Origin: Simkaniaceae bacterium
GTDB lineage: Bacteria; Chlamydiota; Chlamydiia; Chlamydiales; JAJFMI01
Length of the DNA: 10,629 nucleotides
NCBI GenBank assembly: GCA_040880145.1
Contig: JBBDIZ010000038.1
Coordinates: 1 to 10,629, forward strand
Direction of reading: 5' to 3'
Part shown: positions 8,531-10,629 of the stretch, piece by piece
Layout of the letters: each line of letters begins with the position of its first letter
Numbering within the stretch: position 1 is the stretch's first letter
Notes under the pieces: generated by a model
The model's database searches: none
The model's input: the letters and a program-made list of their open reading frames with translations, nothing else
Told to the model about the DNA's origin: nothing
Program-made: the position numbers and the translations under genes

Positions 8531-9983
8531 TTTTATATACCTCTTGATTGGCTCTAAATTGGTCATGATCTTGAGCATCAGATAAGTTTAAAGCACCCGT
8601 TCCGAACGCTAAGTTGACAAGCGATGAATACCAATTACGCTCTGAAAAAGCATATTTGGCTCTTGCGTCAGAGACAGCTGTCTGAGCAGAAATGAGATCA
8701 ACGATGGTCGTTGTCCCTACGCGGTATTTTTCTAAAAGAACGCGAAACTCCTCCTCTGCAGAAACTAAAAATTCCTTTGCATAGACAAGGGCCTCTTTGG
8801 CAAGCACGACATCTTCCCGATAATTGGTTACATCTTGTAAAACGCTCAAGCGAGTCTGATCGAGCTCTGCCTGAGCGATTTCCAACTCAGCAGAAGCTTG
8901 CTTGACCGTATTTTCTATAAAAAATCCTTGAAAAAGTGGAAAGGTCAATGCCGCAGAAAGAGTAAAATTATATCTATCATTAAACCCATCACTATAATAT
9001 TTGCGTCCAATATCAAAATCTGTTGTCACAACAGGGTAGTGAAGTCTTTGTGCAGCAGTTAAAGCATTTTCTCCAGATTTAACATTGGCTTCAGCAGCCA
9101 ATAAGTCAGGACGGCTTTTCATAGCAGTAAGAATTAACTGATCGAGCGTTTCAACATCAAAAGTTTTGATTTTATCAGGATAAGAAAGGAATTTGATTCT
9201 CAGATTGGGAGGCACACCCAAGTCGTTAATCAATTTCGTATAGGAAGTGTGAAGACTCTGTTTCTGCTCAACTAGGGCTAGCTGATTCTGCTTCAGCGTT
9301 GTCGTTGCTTGAACTTTATCGGAGACGTCGGCTAAGCCGTTATAAAAAGCGCTCATTGTGGCTTCTAAAGTCGTAAAAGCATTTTCCACATCCGCTTCAG
9401 CAGCAACTAGGCGTTCTTTTTGGTAGAGGTAGTTATAGTAGTCATTCATGACAGTCTGGATGACATCCTGGATCCTTCGATTGTGCATCCAGTCTGCGTT
9501 AAAAAGAGACTCTAAAGCAGCTTGGCTTGAGTAGCGCGTTTGTCCAAAATCGAGAAGTAAATAAGATAAATCGAGCTCAGGACCCCATATTCCCTGGTAG
9601 AAAATCTGTCTTTGCCCCAGTACAAAAATAATTTGCCGCAATCGCTTCCATTCGGCGTTCACATCAGCCAAAATAAAGTCATTTTTTAAAGCTTGGCCAT
9701 ATTCAGCGGCAGAAACGCGGGCCGATGCCCAGCTCGATTTTGTAATGGGATTATTGATAAGAGCGATATCGAGCGCCTCAGCTAAGGATAAGGGCTTCAC
9801 TTCTTCTAGGAAATCAAACTCTTCGTTTAGGCAATCGGGGATTCTTGCAGGAGTGGTAGAAGGCTTCCATGTTGTATGAGAAGTTCGGGGAGCATAAGCA
9901 TAAGGGTCCCGAGCGCCTCTGTAATCGATGCAACCGGTTAATAGACAAAATGATAGATAATAATAGACTTGACGTCTTGGCAT
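8403..9983 (-). CDS. TolC-family outer membrane efflux lipoprotein
   Basis: Lipobox LTG-C, LSLAEALDIALINNP, SRPDLLAAEA, LTFPLFQG, YRVGTTTIVDLISAQ. First gene of the MFP-RND operon. AAGGGAG lies upstream with rather long spacing (14 nt). Confidence 0.95.
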   Translation of the reverse strand: MPRRQVYYYLSFCLLTGCIDYRGARDPYAYAPRTSHTTWKPSTTPARIPDCLNEEFDFLEEVKPLSLAEALDIALINNPITKSSWASARVSAAEYGQALKNDFILADVNAEWKRLRQIIFVLGQRQIFYQGIWGPELDLSYLLLDFGQTRYSSQAALESLFNADWMHNRRIQDVIQTVMNDYYNYLYQKERLVAAEADVENAFTTLEATMSAFYNGLADVSDKVQATTTLKQNQLALVEQKQSLHTSYTKLINDLGVPPNLRIKFLSYPDKIKTFDVETLDQLILTAMKSRPDLLAAEANVKSGENALTAAQRLHYPVVTTDFDIGRKYYSDGFNDRYNFTLSAALTFPLFQGFFIENTVKQASAELEIAQAELDQTRLSVLQDVTNYREDVVLAKEALVYAKEFLVSAEEEFRVLLEKYRVGTTTIVDLISAQTAVSDARAKYAFSERNWYSSLVNLAFGTGALNLSDAQDHDQFRANQEVYKNEKNQSLSADPSFSVCEEGDEEQTPAFGDDNTCCSEECSPLH

Positions 9984-10071
9984 AGGCCGATTATGTGCTC
10001 CCTTCTACAGCCCCTTCATACCTAATTAAAATAAATTTTTATACATAATTTTATAATGTCCAGTCCACCTC

Positions 10072-10100
10072 TTTAATAAAAAGTAAAGATTAGATATAAT
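10072..10100 (+). promoter_or_regulatory. putative promoter with a -10 box directly before the start codon
   Basis: TTTAAT (10072-10077), 17-nt spacer, TATAAT (10095-10100). ATG follows at 10108. Confidence 0.4.
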
Positions 10101-10107
10101 ATACAAC

Positions 10108-10578
10108 ATGGAAATAAAAATATTTGAAAATAATAATGCAATTTCACACGAACTAGATAAAGATTTATTGAGTTTTGCAGATATCCAAAAAATCTATAAA
10201 GCTTATATCCAGAATGTTATTGATGACAGAGTTGAAATAGATGAAGTTCTGGCTGTTTGTGATGAGTTATATGAAGTAGGGAGAGAGGTTTTAGAAATAG
10301 AGGTTAAAAACAGTGCTCAAGAGAAATTAGATCGACACTGGCTAGTAGTAAAAATAATTTTATGCATCATTACATGCTTCTACATAAAAAATATCTATCA
10401 GAATCAAGCAAGGCGGGATCTTGTTTCTCAATTAGATGACTTTCACTCACAATTAATTGGAGCAAAGCGAGAAAAGTATACGGAATGGCACCTTCTCACA
10501 GAGGATTTAGAGTTTAAGCCTAATGAGTTGGCGAATCGGTATGCAGAAAAAAAAGTCGAGAAATTAAGAGAAAATTAG
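10108..10578 (+). CDS. hypothetical protein (156 aa) with one hydrophobic segment
   Basis: AT-rich ORF ending TAG TAA, helical and charged, hydrophobic stretch WLVVKIILCIITCFYI. Divergent from the efflux operon. Confidence 0.8.
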   Translation: MEIKIFENNNAISHELDKDLLSFADIQKIYKAYIQNVIDDRVEIDEVLAVCDELYEVGREVLEIEVKNSAQEKLDRHWLVVKIILCIITCFYIKNIYQNQARRDLVSQLDDFHSQLIGAKREKYTEWHLLTEDLEFKPNELANRYAEKKVEKLREN

Positions 10579-10629
10579 TAATCGGTCACGGGGCCCTAAA
10601 AGCCAGGGCAGATTGTAGGATATGGGGTT

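Noticed and set aside
8531..8578. N-terminal extension of the MFP (382-aa form)
   Set aside because: The SD and lipoprotein signal peptide define ATG 8530 as the start.
3712..8905. Small ORFs nested in xerD, RND and TolC (3712..3906, 4337..4558, 5966..6382, 6330..6611, 6828..7049, 6996..7256, 8711..8905)
   Set aside because: Alternative-frame or antisense shadows of well-supported genes.
10038..10065. Possible dif site (minus strand ACTGGACATTA-TAAAA-TTATGTATAAA)
   Set aside because: The arms align only with a 5-bp rather than 6-bp spacer and have several mismatches; AT-rich promoter DNA explains it. A similar near-match at 2701-2728 was rejected for the same reasons.

Overview
The window looks like chromosomal DNA from an environmental chlamydia (phylum Chlamydiota). 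This is inferred from my recollection of the MAKL-start 2Fe-2S ferredoxin and a small coiled-coil ORF resembling conserved chlamydial proteins; no search was run. From left to right it holds: a G-rich hexamer repeat; an AT-rich orphan gene with one predicted TM helix (-); a 56-aa ORF missed by the ORF track (763..933, +) with its own promoter, palindromic operator-like site, SD and terminator; a 2Fe-2S ferredoxin followed by a DUF1858-like (CxxC)/IscA-HesB fusion (+); an AT-rich poly-Asn orphan (-); adenylate kinase and xerD (+); a convergent TolC-MFP-RND efflux operon (-); and a final AT-rich orphan, possibly leaderless (+). I found no rRNA, tRNA, CRISPR array or transposase, and no clear-cut novel multi-gene system. 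The best leads are the small-ORF/ferredoxin/DUF1858-IscA locus with its Fur-box-like palindrome, three AT-rich orphans that may be secreted effectors, and two long gene overlaps in the efflux operon.
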